NCBI GenBank assembly: GCA_014360755.1
Contig: JACIWX010000003.1
Span: forward strand, 27,678-91,677
Direction: 5' to 3'
Origin: Chloroflexota bacterium
GTDB lineage: Bacteria > Chloroflexota > Anaerolineae > UBA2200
Length of the DNA: 64,000 nucleotides
Shown: piece by piece, positions 19,958-30,047 of the stretch
Layout of the letters: every line of letters starts with the position of its first letter
How positions within the stretch are numbered: position 1 is the first letter of the stretch
Program-made: the position numbers and the translations under genes
Notes under the pieces: generated by a model
Told to the model about the DNA's origin: nothing
Databases searched by the model: none
Seen by the model: only the letters and a program-made list of their open reading frames with translations

Positions 19958-21502
19958 TCACATCTGCCTTCTTGGCCGATACTGGATTGCCTCTGCCAGG
20001 TGATGCGTCTTGATCTCCGCTGCACCCTCCAAATCGGCGATGGTGCGCGCCAGTTTGAGGATGCGGTGAAAGGCGCGGGCGCTCATGCCCAGTTGCGTCA
20101 TGGCGGCGCGCAGCAGGCTCTTGCCGGAGTCGTCCAAGCGGCAGTACTCGCGTACCTCCGCTGGGCCCATGTCGGCGTTGCAGAGGAGTGGCAAGTTGCC
20201 CTTGACTCCGCCCAGCCGACCGGCAAAGCGTTGGCGTTGGATTTCCCGCGCTTGCTCGATGCGGGCGCGGATAGTAGCGCTCGGTTCGCCCAGGCGGTCA
20301 TCGGTCAGTTTCTCGTACTCCACGCGTGGCACTTCGACGTGGATGTCAATGCGGTCCAAGAGCGGGCCAGAAATGCGCTTGCGGTAGCGGGTGATCATGC
20401 TTGGCGAGCAGGTGCACTCTTTGACCGGGTCACCGAAGTAGCCGCACGGACAGGGGTTCATCGCCGCCACCAGCATAAAGTTGGCTGGGAAGGTCAGCGT
20501 GGTTGTGGCGCGGCTGATGGTAACGATCTTGTCCTCCAACGGCTGGCGTAGCACCTCCAGCACGTGCTGGCTGAACTCGGGTAGCTCATCTAGGAAAAGC
20601 ACCCCGCGATGTGCTAATGAGATCTCACCTGGACGTGGCCAATGACCACCACCAACCAACCCGGCATGGCTGATGGTATGATGGGGTGCGCGGAAAGGAC
20701 GCTCGGTAATCAGCGGCTGGTCAGCGGGTAAAAGCCCGCTTACAGAATAAATCTTGGTGATTTCCAGTGCTTCTTCTACGGTTAGTTTAGGTAGAATAGA
20801 GGGCAAAGCCCGTGCCAGCAGTGTCTTGCCTGCGCCTGGGGGTCCAGTCATCAGCACGCAGTGGGCACCGGCAGCCGCTACTTCTAAGGCGCGCTTGACA
20901 TGCTCCTGGCCCTTGATGTCGCGAAAGTCAGTGCCATAGCGCGGCTGATCCAACAGGTCATAATCGAATGCAGAATGATAAGGCGGTATAGGGTGCAAGC
21001 CCTGCAGGTGCCCTACTAGCTCTGCCAAGTTGGACACTGGGATGATCTCTATGCCAGGCACCAGTGCAGCCTCTGGAGCATCCTCAGCCGGCACAAATGC
21101 CCTTTTGTAGCCCTGCGCCTGCGCTATGCTGATCATAGGCAATACGCCAGTGGTATGGCGCACGTTGCCGTCCAGCGAAAGTTCGCCAAGGAAAATGCTT
21201 GACTCTAAATCAGGCCAAATTTGCCCGGAGGCAGCAATGATGCCCACCGCGATAGGGAGGTCATAAGCGGGACCTTCTTTGCGCAAATCCGCCGGAGCCA
21301 GGTTCACCGTAATGCGCTGGCCAGGGAACCTACAGCCCGAGTTCTTAATCGCTGCGCGGACGCGCTCACGGGATTCCTGCACGGCAGTATCAGGCAAACC
21401 AACGATAATGAAACTGCTGAGGCCATGTGAGATGTCCACTTCCACTTGGATGGCTGCACCGTCCAGACCGACCACAGCGAAACTGGTTACTTTGGCAAGC
21501 AT
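19958..21502 (-). CDS. comM: YifB/ComM family Mg-chelatase-like AAA+ ATPase
   Basis: N-terminal Lon-protease-like domain, AAA+ Walker A GPPGAGKT and a C-terminal ChlI-C domain. Length is 514 aa. Confidence 0.9.
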   Translation of the reverse strand: MLAKVTSFAVVGLDGAAIQVEVDISHGLSSFIIVGLPDTAVQESRERVRAAIKNSGCRFPGQRITVNLAPADLRKEGPAYDLPIAVGIIAASGQIWPDLESSIFLGELSLDGNVRHTTGVLPMISIAQAQGYKRAFVPAEDAPEAALVPGIEIIPVSNLAELVGHLQGLHPIPPYHSAFDYDLLDQPRYGTDFRDIKGQEHVKRALEVAAAGAHCVLMTGPPGAGKTLLARALPSILPKLTVEEALEITKIYSVSGLLPADQPLITERPFRAPHHTISHAGLVGGGHWPRPGEISLAHRGVLFLDELPEFSQHVLEVLRQPLEDKIVTISRATTTLTFPANFMLVAAMNPCPCGYFGDPVKECTCSPSMITRYRKRISGPLLDRIDIHVEVPRVEYEKLTDDRLGEPSATIRARIEQAREIQRQRFAGRLGGVKGNLPLLCNADMGPAEVREYCRLDDSGKSLLRAAMTQLGMSARAFHRILKLARTIADLEGAAEIKTHHLAEAIQYRPRRQM

Positions 21503-21793
21503 GAGGGTCTCCTAAGCAATGATGAAATCCAAATGAGCAAATAGTGCAATGACCAATAACGAAACCTCAGGCGATCTCTCATTGGGTTACCAACGGATGA
21601 CTTCGTCCGGGCGGATTTCTTGCCGGTCCGGGTAGAGCCATTGCGCTGCCAGCGCAGACTGGAGCACTGCCCTGCTGGTTGGCCCATTGAGCACGGGTTT
21701 ATTACTTTTCAGTGGAAAGATATGTACATAATTGTAGTGCCAATACACTGTTTCTACAAAATGCGGGGGATATCACGAAGCGCAGTGTGAATT

Positions 21794-21828
21794 TGACATT
21801 TTGGGGAAAATATCTATAATGTGAGCCC
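21794..21828 (+). promoter_or_regulatory. Sigma70 consensus-like promoter (TTGACA-16 bp-TATAAT) about 390 nt upstream of the M24 peptidase gene
   Basis: The sequence gaatttgacattttggggaaaatatctataatgtg. Confidence 0.4.
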
Positions 21829-22216
21829 ACAAAGCAATCGGCAACTTCCTCGTTGCCAGAGTTATGTATTGATAGCCCATGCTTGAATCCTGAGCATTGT
21901 TGCTCCCCACGAAAGATCCTCATTGCCAGGAATTCCTGGCGCACCGCCGCCAAGGCCAAGGCTGGCCACAAGATCACCATCAATGATTGCACCGTGTAGT
22001 TGATGCTGCTGGGCATGCTGCCCAACCCATATTCCGTATGGTCAATTGCTATTTGGCCCTTGCTGGCCATTGTGTTGTCTTGCTTTTTCTTTAGCGCTAA
22101 ACCATTGCCGGTGCTCGCAACGCCTGCTTTTCCAAAGGCGCCCCTGTCATCACTGCTGATGTTCCTTTTGGCCTGTCAATAGGCAGAGCCATATCTCTGG
22201 ACGTACTTATCTCAGA

Positions 22217-23383
22217 TTGGAGGTCGCGATGATTGATTATGCGAGGCGTTTGGATAACGCTCGAACGCGCATGGCTGAACAGAACATTGGCCTGATGTTC
22301 CTCAAACCAGGGGCAAATCTGTTCTATTTGACCGGTATCCGACGGCAGGAAGCAGATAATACCGATGCCAACGCGTATGGTGACTGGGCTGTGGGCGGCT
22401 ACATTGGTCTAAAAGATGGCATTACCCTCACTGCGCCGAGGATGGGCGGTGCCTTTTTCCAAGCAGAGGCTGAGGACAAGCCATGGTTCGAGTCCGTGCG
22501 TTTGATCCTCGAATCAGAAGATCCGGAACAAGTCATGCGTCAAGTGATCAGCCGGTTTGACCTACGCGGTAAAAAGGTCGCACTCGATGACCGCGCTTGG
22601 GCGCAAACTGTGCTTGCCTTTCGCCGGCTCCTTCCGGATACTGAATTCGTCCTGGCTTCCGCGGTGATCGAGCCAATGCGCATGATTAAAGAGGATGCTG
22701 CTATCGAACTCATGCGCAAGGCTGGGCAGATTACCGATAGTGCCTTTCAGCGCGCTCTGGCGATGCTCAAACCAGGCGTTACCGAACTCGAAGTTGCCAG
22801 GGAAATTGATTATCAATTGAAGCTGCTAGGAGCGGATTACACCTCTTTTGTTACGGGTATTCGTTTCACCGGTCCCGGACGAGCGACTCCGAGTGCCCTC
22901 GGTAGGGTTACTGAAAGACGCTTATTGCCCGGCGATTCCGTTACTTTTGACTTTGGCTGTGTTTACCAGGGCTATTGTTCCGATTTTGGCCGCTCCGCGT
23001 TTGTCGGTGACCCACCAGCAGAGTATATCAAGATCCATGAGATCGTGCTGCGCGCCCAACGAGAAGCTATGCAGGCAATGAAGGCGGGCCAGATCACGGC
23101 TAGCCAGACAGATCGAATTGCACGCAGCGTGATTGAGGCTGAGGGCTATGGAGAGTATTTCACGCATCGTCTAGGACATGGCATCGGTGTAACAGTGCAT
23201 GAGGAGCCATTCTTGGATGCCGTGAACCAAACTGTGTTGCAGACCAATATGACTTTTACCGTCGAGCCTAGTATCCGCATCCCTGATCGCTTCAGCAACC
23301 GCGTAGAGGATGTGGTGCAAGTAACACCGTCCGGAGCAGTATCGCTTTATACCACGGACCATCGCCTCTATGTGATTGGTTAG
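22217..23383 (+). CDS. M24 family metallopeptidase (Xaa-Pro aminopeptidase/prolidase-like)
   Basis: Creatinase N-terminal domain followed by a pita-bread catalytic domain (HRLGHGIGVTVHE, metal-ligand pattern D..D..H..E..E). Confidence 0.8.
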   Translation: MEVAMIDYARRLDNARTRMAEQNIGLMFLKPGANLFYLTGIRRQEADNTDANAYGDWAVGGYIGLKDGITLTAPRMGGAFFQAEAEDKPWFESVRLILESEDPEQVMRQVISRFDLRGKKVALDDRAWAQTVLAFRRLLPDTEFVLASAVIEPMRMIKEDAAIELMRKAGQITDSAFQRALAMLKPGVTELEVAREIDYQLKLLGADYTSFVTGIRFTGPGRATPSALGRVTERRLLPGDSVTFDFGCVYQGYCSDFGRSAFVGDPPAEYIKIHEIVLRAQREAMQAMKAGQITASQTDRIARSVIEAEGYGEYFTHRLGHGIGVTVHEEPFLDAVNQTVLQTNMTFTVEPSIRIPDRFSNRVEDVVQVTPSGAVSLYTTDHRLYVIG

Positions 23384-23420
23384 GGCAAGCGGCATAGATT
23401 CCGAGCGAGGGGAAGAAAAG

Positions 23421-24572
23421 ATGCCAAACTTTTACCGAGAACGCCTGGAACGAGTACGGCAAGCCATGCGCCAATGGGGCGCAGATTGGATGTTCCTGAA
23501 CTATGGGGCGGACTTTACCTATCTCACAGGTATCACCACCCCCATGTACTACCCCATCCTGAAAGGGCTGGGCGATTGGATCACTGGTCTGTTCCTCGGC
23601 TTGGACGGGGATCCAGTGCTTTTCCTCCAAAAGAGCTTTGCCATCAATGTAGAGGGACAGACTTGGATACAGGATATCCGCGTACTGCCTGAGGGCGAAG
23701 ATCCAGACGCTTTTCTGGCGAGGAATCTGGCTGCATTCCCAACAGCGGGCAAGACCATTGCGGTCAGCAAGATGCTGTGGGCTCAGTCTCTCCTGTCCTT
23801 GCAGGCAGCTGCACCGGGGGCACGATTTATCCCTGCTACCAATGAGATGATGGACCGCATTCGTGCCATTAAGGATGAGCAAGAGATCCGGCTTATGCAA
23901 CGAGCTGCCGAAATTACAGACGCTGCATTGGCAGCGACTATTAAGGTCATGAAAGCCGGCATGACTGAACGCGATGTAGCCATTGAAGTGGATTATCAGA
24001 TTCGGCGCTGCGGCGGCGATGGTTACTCCTTCTACCCTGGTATTATCTGCGTCGGCAATGGCAGTGATCCCCAAAGGCATATCTTGACACGCAACACCGA
24101 TATGCTACTGGCCCCTGGCACAACGGTCGCTTTTGACTTTGGTGTCCTATACCAAGGCTACTGCTCTGATTTTGGCCGCTCTGCGTTCATTGGAGAGCCT
24201 CAGGCTGATGCCCTAGCAGCTTATCGCTCTATCACACAGGCATCTCAGGCAGCTATGAACATAATGGCTGATGGTCAGGTCACACCGGCGCAGATTGCTG
24301 ACTTTGTCCGAGACCGCGTCACGGCAGATGGCTTTGGGGAATGGTATTGGTACCTAGGCCTCGGGCATGGCATTGGGTTGGAAGTACATGAATGGCCGTG
24401 GCTACGCCCTGGGTTTAACGAACCCGTCCGCGCTGGGATGTGCTTCACCCTGGAGCCAAAGGTGTGGAAGCCGGGTGTGTTCTATGTGCGTTGTGAGGAT
24501 GTGGTCGTGGTAGGCAAAGATCGAGCAAATTCACTAACCAAGTTTTGCTATGAGCCTATCGTCATCGAGTGA
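23421..24572 (+). CDS. M24 family metallopeptidase, paralogue of the preceding gene
   Basis: Same architecture (GLGHGIGLEVHE). The RBS is gaggggaag and the start is MPNFYRE. Confidence 0.8.
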   Translation: MPNFYRERLERVRQAMRQWGADWMFLNYGADFTYLTGITTPMYYPILKGLGDWITGLFLGLDGDPVLFLQKSFAINVEGQTWIQDIRVLPEGEDPDAFLARNLAAFPTAGKTIAVSKMLWAQSLLSLQAAAPGARFIPATNEMMDRIRAIKDEQEIRLMQRAAEITDAALAATIKVMKAGMTERDVAIEVDYQIRRCGGDGYSFYPGIICVGNGSDPQRHILTRNTDMLLAPGTTVAFDFGVLYQGYCSDFGRSAFIGEPQADALAAYRSITQASQAAMNIMADGQVTPAQIADFVRDRVTADGFGEWYWYLGLGHGIGLEVHEWPWLRPGFNEPVRAGMCFTLEPKVWKPGVFYVRCEDVVVVGKDRANSLTKFCYEPIVIE

Positions 24573-24588
24573 AAGGTAGGCATAAGCC

Positions 24589-25506
24589 ATGGAAGAAGGT
24601 ATTGCTCAGCAATTGGTGGTCGGCACGCGCGCAGCCACCGCACAAGAGTGCATAAGGCTGAAGCAGCAAAGCCAATTGTCCATCGTGTTGCGTCAGCTGC
24701 GTCGTAATCGAGGGGCAATCGTTGGCTTGTCCTTGCTCATCTTGGAAGTTCTGATCGCGATTGCTGCGCCATTGGTTGCCCCCTACAATCCTTTGGAACA
24801 GTCCCCGCTCGCCGCGCTTAAGGGACCTTCAACGAAGCATCTCTTTGGCACTGATGATGTCGGGCGGGACATCCTCAGCCGGGTCATTTATGGTGCGCGC
24901 ATCTCTCTGCGTGTAGGACTGATTTCCGTAAGCATTGCCGCTACGATAGGTACCACGCTTGGCATCATCGCGGGTTTTTATGGCGGGCGCTTGGATAGTG
25001 TCATTATGGGTTTGGCAAATGTCTTGCTGGCATTTCCTGGTATTTTGCTCGCGCTGGCGATCATCGCTGTTCTGGGTCCAGGTCTCTTTAATGTGATGAT
25101 CGCGGTCGGCATTGGAGGCATCCCTACCTATATCCGTGTGGCTCGTGGCTCCACTCTAAGTATCCGCAATTGTGATTACGTAACAGGTGCAAGAGCTGTT
25201 GGTTGCAATAACAATCGGATCATGTTGCGCTATATCCTGCCCAATGCCCTTCCCCCGTTGATTGTGCTCATGACGGTAGGCGTAGCGGGGGCTATCTTGA
25301 CCGCATCGGGCTTGAGTTTCCTCGGTTTAGGCGCACAACCGCCGACGCCAGAGTGGGGCGCGATGCTGAACGCTGGTCGCACATATTTGCGTCAGGCATG
25401 GTGGGTAGCGGTATTTCCAGGGCTGGCGATTACCATCACGGTGTTGAGCATCAACATGCTTGGCGATGGCTTACGCGATGCTCTGGATCCAAAGTTAAGA
25501 CGCTGA
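24589..25506 (+). CDS. ABC transporter permease, DppC/OppC type
   Basis: C-type permease signature (ARAVGCNN, PEWGAML). Confidence 0.85.
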   Translation: MEEGIAQQLVVGTRAATAQECIRLKQQSQLSIVLRQLRRNRGAIVGLSLLILEVLIAIAAPLVAPYNPLEQSPLAALKGPSTKHLFGTDDVGRDILSRVIYGARISLRVGLISVSIAATIGTTLGIIAGFYGGRLDSVIMGLANVLLAFPGILLALAIIAVLGPGLFNVMIAVGIGGIPTYIRVARGSTLSIRNCDYVTGARAVGCNNNRIMLRYILPNALPPLIVLMTVGVAGAILTASGLSFLGLGAQPPTPEWGAMLNAGRTYLRQAWWVAVFPGLAITITVLSINMLGDGLRDALDPKLRR

Positions 25507-25794
25507 GGAGTACGATGGACAGGCGCACCCGGTTTGATATCCTGAGTATGGGGTTACACAGCGTGGTCCGGTCGAATCACCACGATGGTGAACTGGCCCT
25601 CGAATCAAAAGGAAGGAGGTGAAACGTGCGACAGGCCCTCATCCTTTGTTCCTGGGCCAGCCCCCAGGATTGATATGACTGGCTACTGCTAGGGTTAGGC
25701 TCTAAGCAATTAGCCATAGCCGGGTGTCCCGGCTGGTGGGCGGTGGGCTGGCACCCCCACAACCTTACTATACTAATTACCAGGAGGTTACACC

Positions 25795-27492
25795 ATGTCT
25801 CGTTCACATTTCATCATTTGCTTGTTGGTACTGGCGGTGGTCCTGGCAGGCTGTGCTGCTCCTAAGGCAACACCAACGCCCACGCCAACAGCAGCCCCAG
25901 CACAGGCTCCAACGTCGGCTCCGCCTACAGCAGCACCAACAGAAGCACCAACGCAACCCGCTGGCCCGCAACCCGTCAGGGGTGGTACGCTGGTTGTGTC
26001 CCACGGCAGGAACGTTGCCGACACCTTGAACCAGCATACTAGCATCTATACGGTATCGCGCATGGTCGCGCGTCATGTCCTTGACACGCTCGTTGCCGTC
26101 AATCCTGCCGATGGTTCCATCCATCCCTGCCTGGCTACCTCGTGGGAGATTTCTCCGGACGGCAGGGTCTACACTTTCAAACTGCGACAGGGTGTCAAGT
26201 TCCACGATGGCACGCCGTTCAATGCCCAGGCAGTCAAGTTCAACTTCGACTATACCGTTCGGCCTGATATCCGACACGGATTTGCCTGGTCGGCTATTGG
26301 AGGCGAGAACTATGAAAAGTGCGAAGTCGTGGATGATTACACGGTCAAGATTTATTTCAAAGAACCCAACTCCGCGTTTTTGATCAGCCTGAGCGATGGC
26401 GGACTGGGCATTGACTCGCCTACGGCGATGCAACAGGCGGGAGATGACTATGGCGTCAAGGTGCTCGTCGGCACAGGTCCGTTCAAATTCAAAGAATGGG
26501 TGAAGGACGACCACACCACTCTAGTGCGCAATGACGAATACAACTGGGCGCCAGAATTCTTCAAGCACCAGGGCCCGCCATATCTGGATGAGATTATCTA
26601 CCGTGATGTGCAAGATGTTGCCACGCGGGTAGCTGCTCTGGAAGCAGGTGAACTGCATGTAGCGACGGTAACCGAACCCTTTGTGGCTCAGTTACGGGCG
26701 AATAAGGATCTCCAGATCGTGACCACACCCAAAGCGGGCACGTCGCGTATGTTTACGATGAACCTGGGTAAACCGCCCACGGATGACATCCGCGTGCGCA
26801 GAGCCATCAACCACGCCATCAACAAAGAAGCGCTATTGCAACTCCCAGCCTGGTCGGGCATCGGCAAGGTTGCTATTGCCCCGCTGCCTTCCAATATGGT
26901 GCCCAACGGCGATTTGAGCAGCCTCAAGCCCTATGACTATGAGTACGATCCAGAGAAAGCCAAAGCGCTTCTCGAAGAAGCGGGGTGGAAAGTTGGTGCG
27001 GATGGTATCCGTGAAAAAGACGGGCAGAAGCTCGTCTTGGACATGGTCACTACGGCTACCAGCGTTCCCCAGGTGGAGCCGATCGAGCAGATGTTGCGCG
27101 AAGTAGGCATTAAGATGAACATCCGCACTGGCGATTTCAACTTCTGGATTGCTGAGTGCGAGAAGGGGAATTACAACATCACGCTGATGAGCGATAGCGG
27201 CTACAACGCGTTGTTCCTGTTAGAGGAGTTCTGGCTTTCGACCTCCGCTGGCAACTGGCAAGCGTATAAAAACCCAGTTGTTGACGAGCAGTTGGCTAAG
27301 ATGCGCGCTGCAACGAACCAGGAGGACTATTGGAAAGCTGCCTTTGCGGTCATGGCAGAGACCATGAAGGATGCCCAAGGTGTCAATGCTTGGGAACAAC
27401 AGTACATCTATGGTGTTTCTGCCAAAGTGCGCGACATCGGCTTCAACGAAATCGGCTTCCCCTTCTTCTATGATACCTGGATTGAGAAATAG
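25795..27492 (+). CDS. ABC transporter substrate-binding lipoprotein, family 5
   Basis: Signal peptide with lipobox LAGC, a Pro/Thr/Ala-rich linker, then an SBP_bac_5 domain. Confidence 0.85.
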   Translation: MSRSHFIICLLVLAVVLAGCAAPKATPTPTPTAAPAQAPTSAPPTAAPTEAPTQPAGPQPVRGGTLVVSHGRNVADTLNQHTSIYTVSRMVARHVLDTLVAVNPADGSIHPCLATSWEISPDGRVYTFKLRQGVKFHDGTPFNAQAVKFNFDYTVRPDIRHGFAWSAIGGENYEKCEVVDDYTVKIYFKEPNSAFLISLSDGGLGIDSPTAMQQAGDDYGVKVLVGTGPFKFKEWVKDDHTTLVRNDEYNWAPEFFKHQGPPYLDEIIYRDVQDVATRVAALEAGELHVATVTEPFVAQLRANKDLQIVTTPKAGTSRMFTMNLGKPPTDDIRVRRAINHAINKEALLQLPAWSGIGKVAIAPLPSNMVPNGDLSSLKPYDYEYDPEKAKALLEEAGWKVGADGIREKDGQKLVLDMVTTATSVPQVEPIEQMLREVGIKMNIRTGDFNFWIAECEKGNYNITLMSDSGYNALFLLEEFWLSTSAGNWQAYKNPVVDEQLAKMRAATNQEDYWKAAFAVMAETMKDAQGVNAWEQQYIYGVSAKVRDIGFNEIGFPFFYDTWIEK

Positions 27493-27565
27493 GAGGGGCA
27501 ACCAAGCTAGGGAGCAAGGACATGTCCTTGCTCCCTAGCCCTAGCCATGTCGGGAGGTAGAAAGT

Positions 27566-28510
27566 ATGTGGCGTTACATCATCAATCGGCTGACGTGGGT
27601 TGTCCCAGTGCTTTTAGCCATTTCGATCCTCGTTTTTTCCATGCTCCATTTGGTACCGGGCGACCCTGTGCGCGCCATGTTCGTCGAGTCGGGGGGTGCG
27701 ACAGCGGAACAGCTTGCCCAAATCCGCCACTTGCTCGGCCTGGATAAGCCCCTGCATATGCAGTATTTGGATTACATCAGCAAGGCGCTTCGAGGCAATC
27801 TGGGCCAGTCCATTATTACACAGCAATCCGTTTCCGAGCTGATCCGTGCGAATTTCCCCAGCACCTTTCAACTTGCACTAGCAGGGATGAGTTTAGCCGT
27901 CCTCTTAGGCACGTTTCTGGGCATAGTCGCTGCTCTGCACCACGACTCGTGGTTTGATAATCTGATCATGCTCATTGCTACACTAGGCGTTTCCATGCCG
28001 AGTTTCTGGCTGGGTTTATTGCTCATCTATGTGTTTGGCATCAAACTGCGCTGGGTGCCGATCACTTCTGGTACGGATCTGAAACGCCTTGCACTGCCAG
28101 CAGTTGCACTCGGTTTCCAGGCGGCGGCAATCATTGCCCGCATGGTGCGTTCTAGCTTGCTCGAAGTACTCAAAGAGGACTATATCCGCACCGCTCATGC
28201 CAAAGGCCTTAGCAATTCGGTCGTTATTCTGCGTCATGCTCTCCGCAATGCCCTTATCCCCGTAGTAACCGTGGTTGGCTTGCAATTTGGGGGCTTACTA
28301 GGTGGCGCTGTCATTGTGGAAAGTGTATTTGCGCGACGCGGGATTGGACAGCTACTGGTTGGGGCGCTCCAAGCACGCGACTTTCCCCTTGCGCAGGGAT
28401 GTGTGCTATTTGTTGCGGTTACCTATGTGCTGGTCAACCTGGCAGTGGATCTCATTTACGGATTTCTTGACCCGCGCATACAATACCACACGGAGTCAAC
28501 TGCTCTTTAA
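27566..28510 (+). CDS. ABC transporter permease, DppB/OppB type
   Basis: IRTAHAKGL EAA loop with six transmembrane segments. Confidence 0.9.
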   Translation: MWRYIINRLTWVVPVLLAISILVFSMLHLVPGDPVRAMFVESGGATAEQLAQIRHLLGLDKPLHMQYLDYISKALRGNLGQSIITQQSVSELIRANFPSTFQLALAGMSLAVLLGTFLGIVAALHHDSWFDNLIMLIATLGVSMPSFWLGLLLIYVFGIKLRWVPITSGTDLKRLALPAVALGFQAAAIIARMVRSSLLEVLKEDYIRTAHAKGLSNSVVILRHALRNALIPVVTVVGLQFGGLLGGAVIVESVFARRGIGQLLVGALQARDFPLAQGCVLFVAVTYVLVNLAVDLIYGFLDPRIQYHTESTAL

Positions 28511-28616
28511 GGGCAAACAACGTTGGTTTCAGCCTTCTCTCCATTGGGCTCCCAATGGCAGATTACCGTGCGTTTGAACTTGAATCACATTGACTACGGC
28601 AACGAAGGGAGTATAG

Positions 28617-29864
28617 GTGTCTGACCTAGGATTTGCTTTGCGCAGAACTTTGCGCAGCGATGTTTTGACGATTTGTCTGGTCATCTTCTGCGCCGATATT
28701 ATGTCGGGCGTTGTCTCGCCAACTTTCTCGCTCTATGCACGGCAACTCGGCGCATCGCTGACACTCATTGGTATACTCAGCAGCACAGTTGGGCTAACGC
28801 GCTTGCTCGTCTCGATGCCGTTGGGTCTGCTATCAGACCGAGTAGGGCGGAAAACGGTGGTTACGCTCGGGATGGTCAGCTTTGCTGCTGCGTTAGTGCT
28901 TTTTGCCATAGCACCTAATGCCTATTTTCTGCTGATCGGACGGATTATTGATGGCATAGCTATGGTTTGCACCTTTTTGATTGGTGCGGCGTATGTCAGT
29001 GACATCACTTCTCCAGAGGAGCGAGGACTGGCATTTGGGCTGTATTCCACCGCAATGGGACTTGGTTTCACGGTAGGTCCTCTGTTTGGCGCGGCTGTTG
29101 CCGTACGCTATGGCATTGCTGGCAGTTATTGGGCTGGGGCGGCAGTAGGCCTTACAGGTGCCCTGATCGCAGCCTGGCGCTTAAAGAACATACATCCTGA
29201 TGATGTGACGGTGGTCAACCAAGCACGTTCACCGTGGGCAGATTTGCGTCAGATGATGCATAATCGCAATCTAATGGCGGGTTCTCTGGCAAACTTGCTG
29301 ATGAGTATGGTTTTTAGCGGAGCGGTGGTCAATTTCTTTCCCGTATATGCGGCACAGTTAGGCATACCTCAGACAACGATCAGTTCGATGTTTTCCGCTC
29401 GCGCACTCACTTCTGCATCTGCTCGATTGCCAACCGGGGCTATCGCAAGCAAGATATCGAGCCGGGCAGTAATGCTGACGGCCCTCCTTATCGCAGTGGT
29501 AGCGATGTTCTTGTTGCCACAAACAGAGCAGCGCGTTGTCCTGAGTTTGTTGCTGATCCTGGAAGGCGTAGCCTTTGGGTCATTCCTAACCTCGGGTCAG
29601 ATCTTCGTAGCGCAGTATTCCGCTGTTGATACCCGCGGAGCAGCGGTGGGCGCCTATAGTGCTGCCGGCAGCCTAGGGAGCATCTTCAGCCCAATTGTAT
29701 TGGGCGTAGTCGCTGATTTAGGCGGAGTGCAGACTGTTTTTTGGCTGACTGGCCTCTTGGTCTTACTGGGAATCGTAGTCATCACATACCTATATAGTGG
29801 CAAGAACCCTGTTCAACCCGTGCTCAGGCGGATTGAAAGGCTAGCCAAACGTTCAGAGCTTTGA
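28617..29864 (+). CDS. MFS transporter
   Basis: Twelve predicted transmembrane segments with MFS motif A-like GRxxDRxGRK (LSDRVGRKT). Confidence 0.8.
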   Translation: MSDLGFALRRTLRSDVLTICLVIFCADIMSGVVSPTFSLYARQLGASLTLIGILSSTVGLTRLLVSMPLGLLSDRVGRKTVVTLGMVSFAAALVLFAIAPNAYFLLIGRIIDGIAMVCTFLIGAAYVSDITSPEERGLAFGLYSTAMGLGFTVGPLFGAAVAVRYGIAGSYWAGAAVGLTGALIAAWRLKNIHPDDVTVVNQARSPWADLRQMMHNRNLMAGSLANLLMSMVFSGAVVNFFPVYAAQLGIPQTTISSMFSARALTSASARLPTGAIASKISSRAVMLTALLIAVVAMFLLPQTEQRVVLSLLLILEGVAFGSFLTSGQIFVAQYSAVDTRGAAVGAYSAAGSLGSIFSPIVLGVVADLGGVQTVFWLTGLLVLLGIVVITYLYSGKNPVQPVLRRIERLAKRSEL

Positions 29865-30047
29865 ACCAGTGCTATTACATTCATCTTGTGGCCGACGGAT
29901 GTATAAACGAGTAGGGCAAACCGCCATCCTTGCTTTTCTCCTCACACCAAAAGTGATTTATCCACAGCATCTGAAAGGATCCATCTCCCCTCCTGTTGCG
30001 CGCTGCTTTGGCATATAGTGGCTTGATATAGTACAATAGCATGTACT

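Noticed and set aside
21702-22070. 122-aa ORF on the minus strand in the comM-pepP intergenic region
   Set aside because: Composition and sequence are not protein-like and there is no RBS. It is more likely a chance ORF in a GC-rich leader.
25795-25990. Low-complexity nucleotide repeats at 25850-25980 and 32960-33130 that resemble a tandem repeat array
   Set aside because: They encode Pro/Thr/Ala-rich linker peptides of lipoproteins; the periodicity is codon-driven, not a CRISPR or satellite array.
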